Origin: an uncultured Flavobacteriales bacterium
GTDB taxonomy: Bacteria > Bacteroidota > Bacteroidia > AKYH767-A > 2013-40CM-41-45
Reading direction: 5' to 3'
Assembly: GCA_964486655.1 (NCBI GenBank)
Contig: CAZAON010000436.1
Coordinates: forward strand, 1-56,668
Length of the DNA: 56,668 nucleotides
The notes beneath the pieces are model-generated. The model did no database searches, was not told where the DNA came from, and saw only the letters and a list, made by a program, of their open reading frames with translations. Every line of letters begins with the position of its first letter. Position 1 is the first letter of the stretch. Shown here piece by piece: positions 45,357-55,100 of this stretch. A program made the position numbers and the translations under genes.

Positions 45357-47864
45357 TTAATTTTTGATTGGATTAAAGTAAATGACAAGAACAATTAACA
45401 ATGCGAAAATGGCGAGAGCAATTTCATGCGGTTCAGGCACTGATCCGGAACCCTTGATGCTTGCATTCTGAAGACTGTTCTTGCTTTGCTCAATTCCGAA
45501 CCTGTCATAATCTGCCTGTGTTTCCAAAACAATCAGGCTTGAAACCGGACTAACGATCCATGCTTTTACAGCTTCATCAATAATACCATTTCCGATTTTC
45601 TCTGGCGTGAAAAAATCTTTGCCGATTTGTTTCATTACATGGTTGTAAGAAAATAACCTCATCAGGTGGTCGCTACCCTTTCCCTTTTGAAGGGTGCTGT
45701 CTTCCCTGATCATTATTGAGGAATGATCAATTACGATTGTACTTTCATTTTCCTGAGACTTTATGAATTCTTTTTTGTTAATTTTTTCGAGTAATTCAGT
45801 CAGGCTTCCGTTGACATAATTAATTGCACGAACTTCTTTGAGCGCTTTTAAATACGGACAAGTTTCCTCGCTCAGATTATAGACTCTGATGTTTCTGTCA
45901 GTTGAAAAATATTCCTTTAGCTTTTTACCGAAAACAGATTTTTCAAGATCGTCCAACTGCGGTGAAATTGAATTACATTTTGTGATTACCAGTACTCCGC
46001 TATTATCCAGTTTATAAAACGGAAATAAACTGAAATTTAAATTCGAGTAATTCTCAAAAAGCTGCATGTTGTTTTGTTCATTCACTGCAACCGGACCGTC
46101 AGACATGACAAATACATTTTTTCCGTTCAACGCTTTTCTGATTTCCTGAAATTCACTTTCAGTCCAGTTGCTGTTTATATCCAGGTAAACAGCTGCAGGG
46201 TCAAAGAACTCGTTTTGCTTAGTATACTCATTCACATAATAATTTCTTCCGTCGAATGAAAATGCTTCTGTTGAGAGTGGTAATGCGTCGAATTCAATTT
46301 CCCAGTAAGGCGAATACGATTCCTGTTTCGACATTCTCATTTCCGATCCTGAAAATCCGGCCGGTATTTTAGAATTTTGAACCGGCTTGTCAAACTGAAC
46401 CTGCGCGGATTCTGTGCAGTGAATTGCGGGAGGGCCTTCGAAATAAATGTTCTCATAGATAAGCCGGTTTCCGATTTTTTGAAGTGGTGATGTTACTCCG
46501 ATTTTAAATCGCCTGTTTTCTTTGGGTGTACAAGGGAAAATTCTGGCCGAGACGGTATTGCCTTCCTGCCAGTGAATAACAGATGGATCTCTGGCCTCTC
46601 TTCCGACAATTGTTTTATAGGCAGTATCGGCTTTGCTTTTCGAAGTTAATATTCCTTTTTCTTCGACACCGTCTATCCAGAGTGAAAGCGATGTTACTAC
46701 GCTTCCTTCGGGAAGATGAAATGTATAAATAGCTTCTTCCTGGCTTCTGAATCTCTCGGGCGAACTGGTATTTTGAATGCTTATGGTCTTTTCTGTATAT
46801 GCCAATCTGTTTTGAGGAAAAATTCTAACGTTGCTGATTACATTTGTCGTTCTGAGATTTTCGCCGCTCCATAATCTTTCCTGCGCCTGATGTCTGACGT
46901 CGTATCTGGATTTTAATATTTTTATTTTTTCGTCGAGAGAAAGATCGGGTTCGGTTGAAAAAAGACAGGCAGTGAGAACTAATGGATCGTGTTGCCTCGC
47001 GTTTTCGAAATTCATTTGTGAAAGATTTGTCTGAAAAGGCTCGAAGTGCTTCGAAGGGATTGTATAAATCAAATCAGTTTTAAGAATCTTTTCAAACATT
47101 ATATCATCATCCATGTGCTGACTTATTCTGATCCAGTTTGGAATTTCAGATTCATTCATTATTGAATTGTTCAACAGGTAATTAATTTCATTTGTCTTAT
47201 GCGTCCATTTTACCACGAAAACAACAAGAATTACGAGCGGAATGGTCATGCCTGCGATTGCAGGGACTAACATTTCCTTATAATTGTGTATCGACCGGTA
47301 CATGAGTACACATATCGTGATCAACATAAACAAGGGAACAAAAACATGCAATGAAATACCAATAATAAAAGAACCGACAAGTCCGATTAGAAAAAATGGC
47401 ATGAGGTATATGGCGAAGTAAGTAATGAGCGGTAAAATAAAGGCAATGCAAAAGCTCATAATTCCTCTAATAAACTTTGGGAACTCGCTGATAAATGGAA
47501 ATGCCAGCAGCATAATACACTGGATGATCAGGAGAACGGAAACCCAGTCGGCCATTTTTTCGAATATGCAGACTTCGCGGTTTAAAGCGAATGCGGAAAT
47601 GGTCATTAAAACACAAAGCGGAATTACATACGTTATTCTTGTCCTGAAGAACGGCCATTTAAATCCGACAAAGCCTTTAATTAAAACCATTGAAAAATAA
47701 AACAGAGTCATACCATAATTGATAAAAAACAATCCGAAGTAATTACTGCTTGTCGCAACGGAATTGTTTCCTGATATGAGATAGACAAAGAGAGATAATA
47801 AAATAAGAATGATTCCGGTTAAGTAAACCGGATCTGTTAAGCGAATTGATTTTTCATTTTCCAT
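45357..47864 (-). CDS. multi-TM VIT-domain protein with PEP-CTERM-like C-terminal sorting signal (putative exosortase substrate)
   Basis: 835 aa. The N-terminal ~230 aa is hydrophobic and polytopic. The VIT-like core reads FHLPEGSVVTSLSLWIDGVEEKG...DPSVIHWQEGNTVSARIFPC. The tail is GSGSVPEPHEIALAIFALLIVLVIYFNPIKN. Confidence 0.8.
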   Translation of the reverse strand: MENEKSIRLTDPVYLTGIILILLSLFVYLISGNNSVATSSNYFGLFFINYGMTLFYFSMVLIKGFVGFKWPFFRTRITYVIPLCVLMTISAFALNREVCIFEKMADWVSVLLIIQCIMLLAFPFISEFPKFIRGIMSFCIAFILPLITYFAIYLMPFFLIGLVGSFIIGISLHVFVPLFMLITICVLMYRSIHNYKEMLVPAIAGMTIPLVILVVFVVKWTHKTNEINYLLNNSIMNESEIPNWIRISQHMDDDIMFEKILKTDLIYTIPSKHFEPFQTNLSQMNFENARQHDPLVLTACLFSTEPDLSLDEKIKILKSRYDVRHQAQERLWSGENLRTTNVISNVRIFPQNRLAYTEKTISIQNTSSPERFRSQEEAIYTFHLPEGSVVTSLSLWIDGVEEKGILTSKSKADTAYKTIVGREARDPSVIHWQEGNTVSARIFPCTPKENRRFKIGVTSPLQKIGNRLIYENIYFEGPPAIHCTESAQVQFDKPVQNSKIPAGFSGSEMRMSKQESYSPYWEIEFDALPLSTEAFSFDGRNYYVNEYTKQNEFFDPAAVYLDINSNWTESEFQEIRKALNGKNVFVMSDGPVAVNEQNNMQLFENYSNLNFSLFPFYKLDNSGVLVITKCNSISPQLDDLEKSVFGKKLKEYFSTDRNIRVYNLSEETCPYLKALKEVRAINYVNGSLTELLEKINKKEFIKSQENESTIVIDHSSIMIREDSTLQKGKGSDHLMRLFSYNHVMKQIGKDFFTPEKIGNGIIDEAVKAWIVSPVSSLIVLETQADYDRFGIEQSKNSLQNASIKGSGSVPEPHEIALAIFALLIVLVIYFNPIKN

Positions 47865-47889
47865 TTTTATGTTTTTTAGAGTTTATATT

Positions 47890-47912
47890 CAAAGTACTTT
47901 GCATTTCAAAGT
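47890..47912 (-). promoter_or_regulatory. operator/promoter-like 23-bp motif upstream of VIT/exosortase operon
   Basis: caaagtactttgcatttcaaagt. It matches the site at 48864-48886 at 19 of 23 positions, including the 11-mer aaagtactttg and the 6-mer caaagt at identical spacing. It lies 25 nt upstream of ATG 47864. Confidence 0.5.
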
Positions 47913-47930
47913 GTATGTGTAAAAAAAATG

Positions 47931-48227
47931 TTACCGCTTTTTAATGAGTTCTTCGAGAGCGTCTAAGTGCTGGACGAATGCCTTTCTTCCTGAAGCGGTA
48001 ACTTTATAAACGGTATTCGGTTTTTTACCCATAAATTTCTTTTCAACTTTCACATAGCCGGCCTTTTCAAGTGCACTGATGTGACTTGCAAGATTACCGT
48101 CGCTGAGATCGAGCATTTCTTTCAGCGTATTGAAATCAATCTGTTCATTTACCATTAAGGTAGACATGATTCCAAGCCTAACGCGGTTTTCGAATGCTTT
48201 ATTGAGTCTGTCAATAAAATCCTTCAT
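47931..48227 (-). CDS. small winged-helix transcriptional regulator (HTH_34/PadR-like size)
   Basis: 98 aa. RLGIMSTLMVNEQIDFNTLKEMLDLSDGNLASHISALEKAGYVKVEKKF...YKVTASGRKAF shows a wHTH pattern. Confidence 0.75.
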   Translation of the reverse strand: MKDFIDRLNKAFENRVRLGIMSTLMVNEQIDFNTLKEMLDLSDGNLASHISALEKAGYVKVEKKFMGKKPNTVYKVTASGRKAFVQHLDALEELIKKR

Positions 48228-48229
48228 GA

Positions 48230-48862
48230 TCAGCTTTCATATTTATAATACATTGAAATCCCGTACACGATATGAAGTACTCCAAAGCCGATAGTCCAGA
48301 AAATAAATCCATAACCCACAAAGAACGAAGCGATAATTCCCAAAATGATTTCACAAATTCCAAGATAGCGGATATCATTATAGGTGTATTTACTTCCGTT
48401 CAATAATGCGATGCCGTAAAATACAAGTGTAGCCGGAGCAACCAACCCGATAATACCATGATAAAGCAGAGCCAGGCAAAAAAGTCCGCCGGCAATAAGC
48501 GGCAACATCAAATTAATCACCAATCGTTTCGCAACCGCATCCCAGATTTTCAATCCGTTCTTACGGGCCTTCCTTGTAGTGAAGTACACACCGGCAGAAA
48601 GCGATAATACCAGGACAATGATTGCAACAAAAATCAACAAGGCAATTTCCGTAAATGGATGCGACACTCCGAGTAAATTATCGGCATACCGCGAATAACT
48701 TCTGAGAGCAGGCGAGTAATAAGCAAAGGCCGCTCCGCATAAGGCAAATATTCCGGCGAATACACCTGACAATCCGCTCAGTGAAATAAACCGCGATGAT
48801 CTTTCCATCATCGTGCGTATTTCAGAAATGTCCTTTAGATATTCCGAGTCTTTAGGTTCCAT
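48230..48862 (-). CDS. membrane protein (5-6 TM), co-transcribed with wHTH regulator
   Basis: The first ATG at 48862 gives MEPKDSEYLKDISEIRTMMERSSRF. The stop is 2 nt before the regulator ATG. Confidence 0.7.
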   Translation of the reverse strand: MEPKDSEYLKDISEIRTMMERSSRFISLSGLSGVFAGIFALCGAAFAYYSPALRSYSRYADNLLGVSHPFTEIALLIFVAIIVLVLSLSAGVYFTTRKARKNGLKIWDAVAKRLVINLMLPLIAGGLFCLALLYHGIIGLVAPATLVFYGIALLNGSKYTYNDIRYLGICEIILGIIASFFVGYGFIFWTIGFGVLHIVYGISMYYKYES

Positions 48863-48863
48863 A

Positions 48864-48886
48864 GAAAGTACTTTGAAGTACAAAGT
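48864..48886 (-). promoter_or_regulatory. second copy of the 23-bp operator/promoter-like motif
   Basis: gaaagtactttgaagtacaaagt lies immediately upstream of ATG 48862. Confidence 0.5.
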
Positions 48887-48960
48887 AAAACTATTATTTA
48901 CTAAATTGCAAATATTTTTTAAGCCCCCCTGAAAATACCGAAAACTGCCAATGTCCTAAA

Positions 48961-50109
48961 ATGAAGAAATTCCTCATAATACTGCTTATAATCTTTATAG
49001 GTTTAAAGATCGCTTCACTCGTTATGAATGAAGCGGAATATAAATATCCCGAGAGGGTTAATCTGGAAAAGAAAATCAATTATCTGGAACGCATAATAAC
49101 AAAGCCGCTCGATTATAAATCGGAACTTTTTCATGTACAGGATCAAAGCGGTGAATGGATGCTGTTTACTCTGAGTTTTTCGGCGTACGGATTAACGAAT
49201 GTTGCTTTGAAAGATTCGACATTCAGACCACGTGCGATAAAAATCATTGCGGAGGCAATCAACAAAGCAATGATGAAGGATGTCTATAAATTCTATTCGG
49301 ATATTGAAGAAGACTCTCTCCATCCCGTTACTTCGAATCGGTCGGTTATATACCTCGGGCATCTGAATATGATGACAGGCTGTTACAGGCTGCTGACAGA
49401 CGATGGCCGATTCAATGCTTTGAATGACAGCATTAGCGAATCTCTTTATACCTGTTTTAATCATTCGAAAACGAAGTGCCTTGAATCGTATTCACGCAGC
49501 ATTTGGATACCTGACAATACGGTGGCGCTTGCATCGCTGAAACTATATGGGGTGAAAAATAAAAAACCAGAATACGAAACGTTGTGCAAATCGTGGGTAA
49601 ATTTTGCGAAAAAAAACTTCATGGATAAAAAAACAAATCTGCTGTGCACATCGATTGATTATGACACGGGAAAAATCACAGAAGAGCCTCGTGGATCGAT
49701 GATTGGGTGGTCTATATTCTTCATCAGCTATTTCGATAAAAATTTTGCGCGGCAATTATATGAAAACTACACACATTATTTTTCCAATGACATACTGATG
49801 TTAAAACTCTTCAGAGAACGTGCAGGCATTTACACGACGGGAGAAGGAGACATTGATTCCGGTCCGCTTTTTCTGGGCTATGGAATACCTGCTACAGCCT
49901 GGGCTTTTGGAAATGCGGTTTTATTCTCGGATCTTAAAACAGCTAAGAAATTGGAGCGCGTAATTAATATAGGTAGTAATGAAATCGAAACAGTAAATGA
50001 GATTCGATATGATATTCGGTTTACGGATGTGAGTATGAGTCCGCTGAATGATGCTTTGCTGTTATACCTGGAGACGGTTTATGTATTTACCCCTGCATCT
50101 TCAGTTTAA
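48961..50109 (+). CDS. N-terminally anchored hypothetical protein
   Basis: 382 aa with an N-terminal TM helix (FLIILLIIFIGLKIASLV). I recognised no motif. Confidence 0.65.
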   Translation: MKKFLIILLIIFIGLKIASLVMNEAEYKYPERVNLEKKINYLERIITKPLDYKSELFHVQDQSGEWMLFTLSFSAYGLTNVALKDSTFRPRAIKIIAEAINKAMMKDVYKFYSDIEEDSLHPVTSNRSVIYLGHLNMMTGCYRLLTDDGRFNALNDSISESLYTCFNHSKTKCLESYSRSIWIPDNTVALASLKLYGVKNKKPEYETLCKSWVNFAKKNFMDKKTNLLCTSIDYDTGKITEEPRGSMIGWSIFFISYFDKNFARQLYENYTHYFSNDILMLKLFRERAGIYTTGEGDIDSGPLFLGYGIPATAWAFGNAVLFSDLKTAKKLERVINIGSNEIETVNEIRYDIRFTDVSMSPLNDALLLYLETVYVFTPASSV

Positions 50110-50118
50110 TTTATACCC

Positions 50119-50170
50119 GCTCCGCCGGATTTGCAATCCGGTGGAACCTCACTGCGGATTTATAATCCGC
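50119..50170 (+). repeat. 52-bp double-hairpin repeat, copy 1 (left flank of HipBA)
   Basis: gctccgccggatttgcaatccggtggaacctcactgcggatttataatccgc. It contains the hairpins ccgccgga/tccggtgg and gcggatt/aatccgc. Confidence 0.9.
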
Positions 50171-50260
50171 CTATTCCACGCCAGATCAACAGCCATCTTT
50201 AGCAATAATCAGTATATAATTGTATGATTTATCATTCATTAAAAGATAATTTTAGCTTAA

Positions 50261-50330
50261 TGCATAATATTTCATACACCTACAAACTATTTTCAATAAT
50301 ATTTCGTTAAATTTGCATGATAATTCATAC
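50261..50330 (+). promoter_or_regulatory. two direct 17-mers upstream of hipB-like gene (candidate operators)
   Basis: tgcataatatttcatac (50261-50277) and tgcatgataattcatac (50314-50330) agree at 15 of 17 positions and start 53 bp apart. The second overlaps the track ORF's ATG at 50317. Confidence 0.35.
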
Positions 50331-50352
50331 GTTAATTTATAATATAGACTTT

Positions 50353-50700
50353 ATGACTGATACATCATACAATAATTGGCGTTCAATGAGTGATAAAGCC
50401 ATTGCAGTACATATTGGATCATTTATCAGGCATCACCGGCTTGAACAGAATAAAACGCAGGCGGCGCTGGCAGATGCTGCAGGCATAAGTCGTTCAACAT
50501 TGAGTTTACTGGAGCATGGTGAAACGGTAACACTTGCGACACTCATCCAGGTGTTGCGAGTGTTGGATCAATTAAACGTGATGGAAGTTTTTACAGTTCA
50601 AAAAACAGTAAGCCCATTAGTGCTTGCAAAAATCGAACAGAATAAAAGACAAAGGGCGAGAGGAAAAAACAAGAATGATTCTGAAAAAAGTGAGTGGTAA
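50353..50700 (+). CDS. hipB: XRE-family HTH antitoxin, HipB-like
   Basis: HTH motif QNKTQAALADAAGISRSTLSLLEHGE. The basic C-terminal tail ends ...SEKSEW, and E. coli HipB as I recall it also ends in ...LEW. The start could be 50317 or 50353. Confidence 0.75.
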   Translation: MTDTSYNNWRSMSDKAIAVHIGSFIRHHRLEQNKTQAALADAAGISRSTLSLLEHGETVTLATLIQVLRVLDQLNVMEVFTVQKTVSPLVLAKIEQNKRQRARGKNKNDSEKSEW

Positions 50701-50702
50701 AA

Positions 50703-52007
50703 ATGAATACGGCATTTGTAAAAATATGGGGAGTATTGGTTGGCGCCGTTGCATGGAATGAAGCAACCGGTTTTGCATCTTTCGAATATGATCCTGAATT
50801 TAAAACTTTGAATTGGGACATCGCGCCGTTGCAGATGTCAGTCAGTTCAGCGAAAAGCCGATTTGAATTTCCTTCGCTGCGAAAAAAAGCGGATCCATTG
50901 ACAGATACGTTTAAAGGTTTGCCCGGACTTTTGGCAGATGTTCTACCCGATCGTTATGGAAATGAATTAATAAATATGTGGCTGGCACAGCAGGGCCGTG
51001 CATCAGACAGCATGAATCCGGTCGAATTGCTTTGCTTCATCGGAACGAGAGGAATGGGTGCATTGGAATTTGAACCCGCTACATTTTCAGAGACCAAAAG
51101 AAATTTCACCGTCGAAATTGACAGTCTGGTCGAGACGGCAAAAAAGATTTTATCAAAAAAAGAAAACTTCGTCACCAATCTTCATAAGGATGAGGAGAAG
51201 GCAATGATGGAACTTTTACGAATAGGAACATCGGCAGGAGGCGCCAGACCGAAAGCGGTAATTGCATACAATGAAAAAACAGGAGAAGTAAAATCGGGTC
51301 AGACGCAATCGCCAAAGGGATTTGAACACTGGCTGATTAAACTGGATGGCGTTAGTGATGTGCAATTGGGAACTTCGAAAGGATATGGAAGAGTGGAGAT
51401 GGCCTATTACAATATGGCGACAGCATGCGGAATTGAAATGATGCCATCGAGGCTATTGGAAGAAAACGGCAGGGCGCACTTTATGACGAAACGTTTTGAT
51501 CGTGAAGAAGGAAATATAAAACATCACATACAAACATTTTGCGCGCTAAAACATTTCGACTACAATGCGGTGACAAGTTATAGTTACGAGCAGCTTTTTC
51601 AAACCATGCGCGAACTTAAATTAACATACCCGCAAGCTGAGCAGATGTTCCGGCGAATGGTATTCAACGTACTTGCAAAAAATTGTGATGATCACACAAA
51701 AAACTTTTCATTCCGCCTTAAAAAAAATGGCACCTGGGAATTAGCGCCGGCCTACGATATATGTCATGCATACCAGCCCGGTCACCAATGGGTTAGTCAG
51801 CATGCGTTAAGCATCAATGGCAAACGAACTGACATTACAAAAGAAGACCTGATCTTAATTGGCAATTCCATCGGGAATAAAAAATCAAAACATATTATCG
51901 AGGAAATTAATGAAGTTGTAAGCCGTTGGAAAGAATTTGCAAATGAAGTGGGTGTTATGAAAGAGTTGAGAGAAATGATTGGTGAAACGATGGTGAAACT
52001 TAAGTGA
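50703..52007 (+). CDS. hipA: HipA-family serine/threonine kinase toxin
   Basis: ATG 50703 lies 2 nt after the hipB stop. The N-terminal coupling domain reads VGAVAWNEATGFASFEYDPEF. SAGGARPKAVI is present. The catalytic loop is NCDDHTKNFSF. Confidence 0.85.
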   Translation: MNTAFVKIWGVLVGAVAWNEATGFASFEYDPEFKTLNWDIAPLQMSVSSAKSRFEFPSLRKKADPLTDTFKGLPGLLADVLPDRYGNELINMWLAQQGRASDSMNPVELLCFIGTRGMGALEFEPATFSETKRNFTVEIDSLVETAKKILSKKENFVTNLHKDEEKAMMELLRIGTSAGGARPKAVIAYNEKTGEVKSGQTQSPKGFEHWLIKLDGVSDVQLGTSKGYGRVEMAYYNMATACGIEMMPSRLLEENGRAHFMTKRFDREEGNIKHHIQTFCALKHFDYNAVTSYSYEQLFQTMRELKLTYPQAEQMFRRMVFNVLAKNCDDHTKNFSFRLKKNGTWELAPAYDICHAYQPGHQWVSQHALSINGKRTDITKEDLILIGNSIGNKKSKHIIEEINEVVSRWKEFANEVGVMKELREMIGETMVKLK

Positions 52008-52050
52008 TGTTAAACAAATTTGATTTGTTAGATCTGCGAAGAATTGCTCT

Positions 52051-52102
52051 GCTCCGCCGGATTTGTAATCCGGCGGAATATCACTGCGGATTTATAATCC
52101 GC
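52051..52102 (+). repeat. 52-bp double-hairpin repeat, copy 2 (right flank of HipBA)
   Basis: gctccgccggatttgtaatccggcggaatatcactgcggatttataatccgc. It is identical to copy 1 at 48 of 52 positions and lies in the same orientation. Confidence 0.9.
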
Positions 52103-52154
52103 TTGCCATAAAATACTTGTATCTGCAACTAAAGAACGAAAAGTCAGATATTAA

Positions 52155-55100
52155 TTATCTCTCAGATTTAACATCCATACCGAGCTGCGCTTTTATTTTT
52201 CGGATTTCAATTAACATGTCTTCATTAGCTTTTGCATTCTCCGATTTCAGTTTTTCGTTTTCCGCTTTGAGTGACTCTATCAGGAGTTGTTGATCCTTGA
52301 TAGCTTCAATTAAAATCGGTGTAAATTTTTCATAGCTCACCGCTTTAAATCCCTGGCTGTCGGTTTTTACTAATTCAGGAAATACAGTTTCAACTTCCTG
52401 AGCAATGACTCCTATCTGTTTATCCTTTTCAAATTTTAAGTCAGGAAACTCTTCGGCTCTAAAATCATAACTTACCCCTCTTAATTTCATCACACTTTGC
52501 AATGCATTACCAATGGATTGAATATTCTTCTTGTAACGAACATCAGAACCCGACCATGCGCCACTGGTGCAAAAAGTAGTACCATAGATAGTACAGGTAA
52601 ATGGTGCTTGTGCAAATGATGTGTTAACTCCACCAATGCTGACACCTCCTCCGCCCGGATTAAGAACCAATTGATAGGGATTTGCAAAATTGTTTACAAC
52701 CCTGTTTTGCAAATAAGACCCACCGAAAGGGAAAGTACCCATATCCAGAGCGATTGTACCTCCTGTTAAACGAAAGCCCACATTACCATCGGTTGAGCCG
52801 CTTGTTGGTATTGTATTGGTGCCCGCACTTGTAAAGAAAGTGGTTAACTTAACAGCAGGTGATGCAGTGCCGATACCTACATTGCCGATATTTGAATTGC
52901 TGATGTCATTTCCTGATGTATTCCATTGCTCAGCTATGGCAGTTGATAGCCCTGTAGCCGGATTAATTGTTACTCCAAAATTTTGTGAGCATAGCAGATT
53001 AATTACCTGCATCGTATTGCTGCCAGCATTAGCTACATAGGCATAATTACCAGAAACGACGACTGATAAAGGGCTATTTCCCGTAGCCACAGAGCTTACC
53101 ACTACAGGCACTGCCTTATTGGTTACATTAATTACCTGCAGGGTGTTGCTGATTTCACTAATCACACAGGCATAATTGCCAGATACGGCTACTGAAGGAG
53201 GGTTACCTCCCGTTGCCACAGAGCCAACCACTGTGGGAACTGCCGGGTTGGTAATGTTTATTATCTGCATGGTATTACTGGTAAAATTAGTCACAAAAGC
53301 ATAAGTGCCAGATATAGCTACTGAACGAGGATTAGCTCCCGTTGCTACTGAGCCAGCTACTGTGGGCGATGCCGGATTGCTAATATTTATTACCTGCATG
53401 GTACTGCTGTTAGTATTGGTTACATAGGCATAATTGCCCGATACGGCTATTGAAAAAGGACCGTTTCCAGTTGCTACCGAGCCTGTCACCGATGGAGATG
53501 CCGGGTTGGAAATGTTAATTACCTTCATGTTATTGTCGCCAAAATTAACCACGTATGCATAATTGCCCGATAAGGCTACAGAATTAGAATGAAATCCTGT
53601 TGACACAGAGCCTGCCACTGTTGGTGATGCCGGGTTGGTAATGTTAATTACCTGCATGGTACTGGTAGTCGTTATATAGGCAAAATTGCCCGATAAGGCT
53701 ACTGACGTAGGATTACTTCCGGTTGCAACTGAGCCTGCCACTACAGGCGCTGCCGGATTGGTAATGTTTATTACCTGCATGGTATTAGCATTAAAATTTA
53801 CCACATAAGCATAATTGCCTGCTACAGCTACTGAATTAGGATTAGTTCCCGTAGCCGCTGAGCCTACTACTGTTGGGCAGGATAAACTTGGAACTATTGC
53901 TGTGCTTAAAACATCAGTTCCGGTTAAAGTACCCCAGCTAGCCAAACCTGCTGCATCACTTTTTAATACTTTACCTGCACCCTGGGTGCCATCGGTTATT
54001 TTAATTGTACCAGCCACATCTAATTTACTGACCGGAGAGGTAGTGCCAATACCAACGTTTCCACCATTATTAAAAATATTACTTGAGTTTACTACCCACA
54101 TTGTGTCATTCCAATATGGGGTATTGCCTGCTGCAGCACCACTTGATAATAAACCCGCAGGTCCTTGTGGACCCGCTACTCCATCATTACCAGGAATACC
54201 CTGTGGACCGGTTAAACCTATTGGACCTTGAGGACCGGTTGCGCCATCATTACCTGGCATACCTTGCGGACCAGTTAATCCAATCGGACCTTGTGGACCG
54301 GTTGCGCCGTCATTTCCCGGAACACCCTGTGGTCCGGTCGCTCCATCATTTCCGGGAATACCCTGCGGACCGGTTAAACCAATCGGACCTTGCGGACCCG
54401 TTGCGCCATCATTACCCGGAACACCCTGTGGACCCGTTGCTCCGGTTAATCCTATGGGACCTTGTGGTCCGGGATCGCCTTGTGGTCCCTGTGGTCCGGT
54501 TGCTCCATCATTTCCGGTTAAACCTATCGGGCCTTGTGGTCCGGGATCACCCTGCGGTCCCTGTGGACCAACCAGACTTGCGGTAGATTGCCAACTTGCT
54601 AAACCGTTTACATCTGATGTTAAAACCTTACCTGTACCTGGTGTACCACCGGTAATTTTAACTTGTCCTGCCACTTCTAATTTAGCAGATGGCACTGTGG
54701 TCCCAATACCAACATTACCTGAATTTGCATTGCTGATATCATTTCCGGAGTTATTCCATTGTAGTGGCAATGCATTGGTTTGTCCGGTTGCAGGATTAAC
54801 CGTTATTGTATAATTAATTGGGCATACTAAAGAGATCGCAATAAGTGTATTGCTACCCTGATTTGTTACATAAGCATAATTATCCGATACCACTACTGTA
54901 TTAGGGTTGTTTCCCGTTGCCATTGAGCCTGCCATTACCGGTGAAACCGGATTGGAGATATTAATTATCTGAATTGTGTTACTTACTAAATTTGTTACAA
55001 ATGCATAATTTCCTGACAGTGATACTGACCGGGGATATGTTCCGGTTGCAATCTGCGTTTGATATACTGGTGCAGCAGGGTTGCTAATGTTGAGAACCAT

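Noticed and set aside
50119-52102. The 52-bp repeats flanking hipBA as integron attC sites (a gene cassette).
   Set aside because: I found no RYYYAAC/GTTRRRY core sites at the repeat ends and no intI-like gene or further cassettes in the window. The enclosed module also has its own promoter/operator-like region. A REP-like or simple cassette explanation is kept instead.
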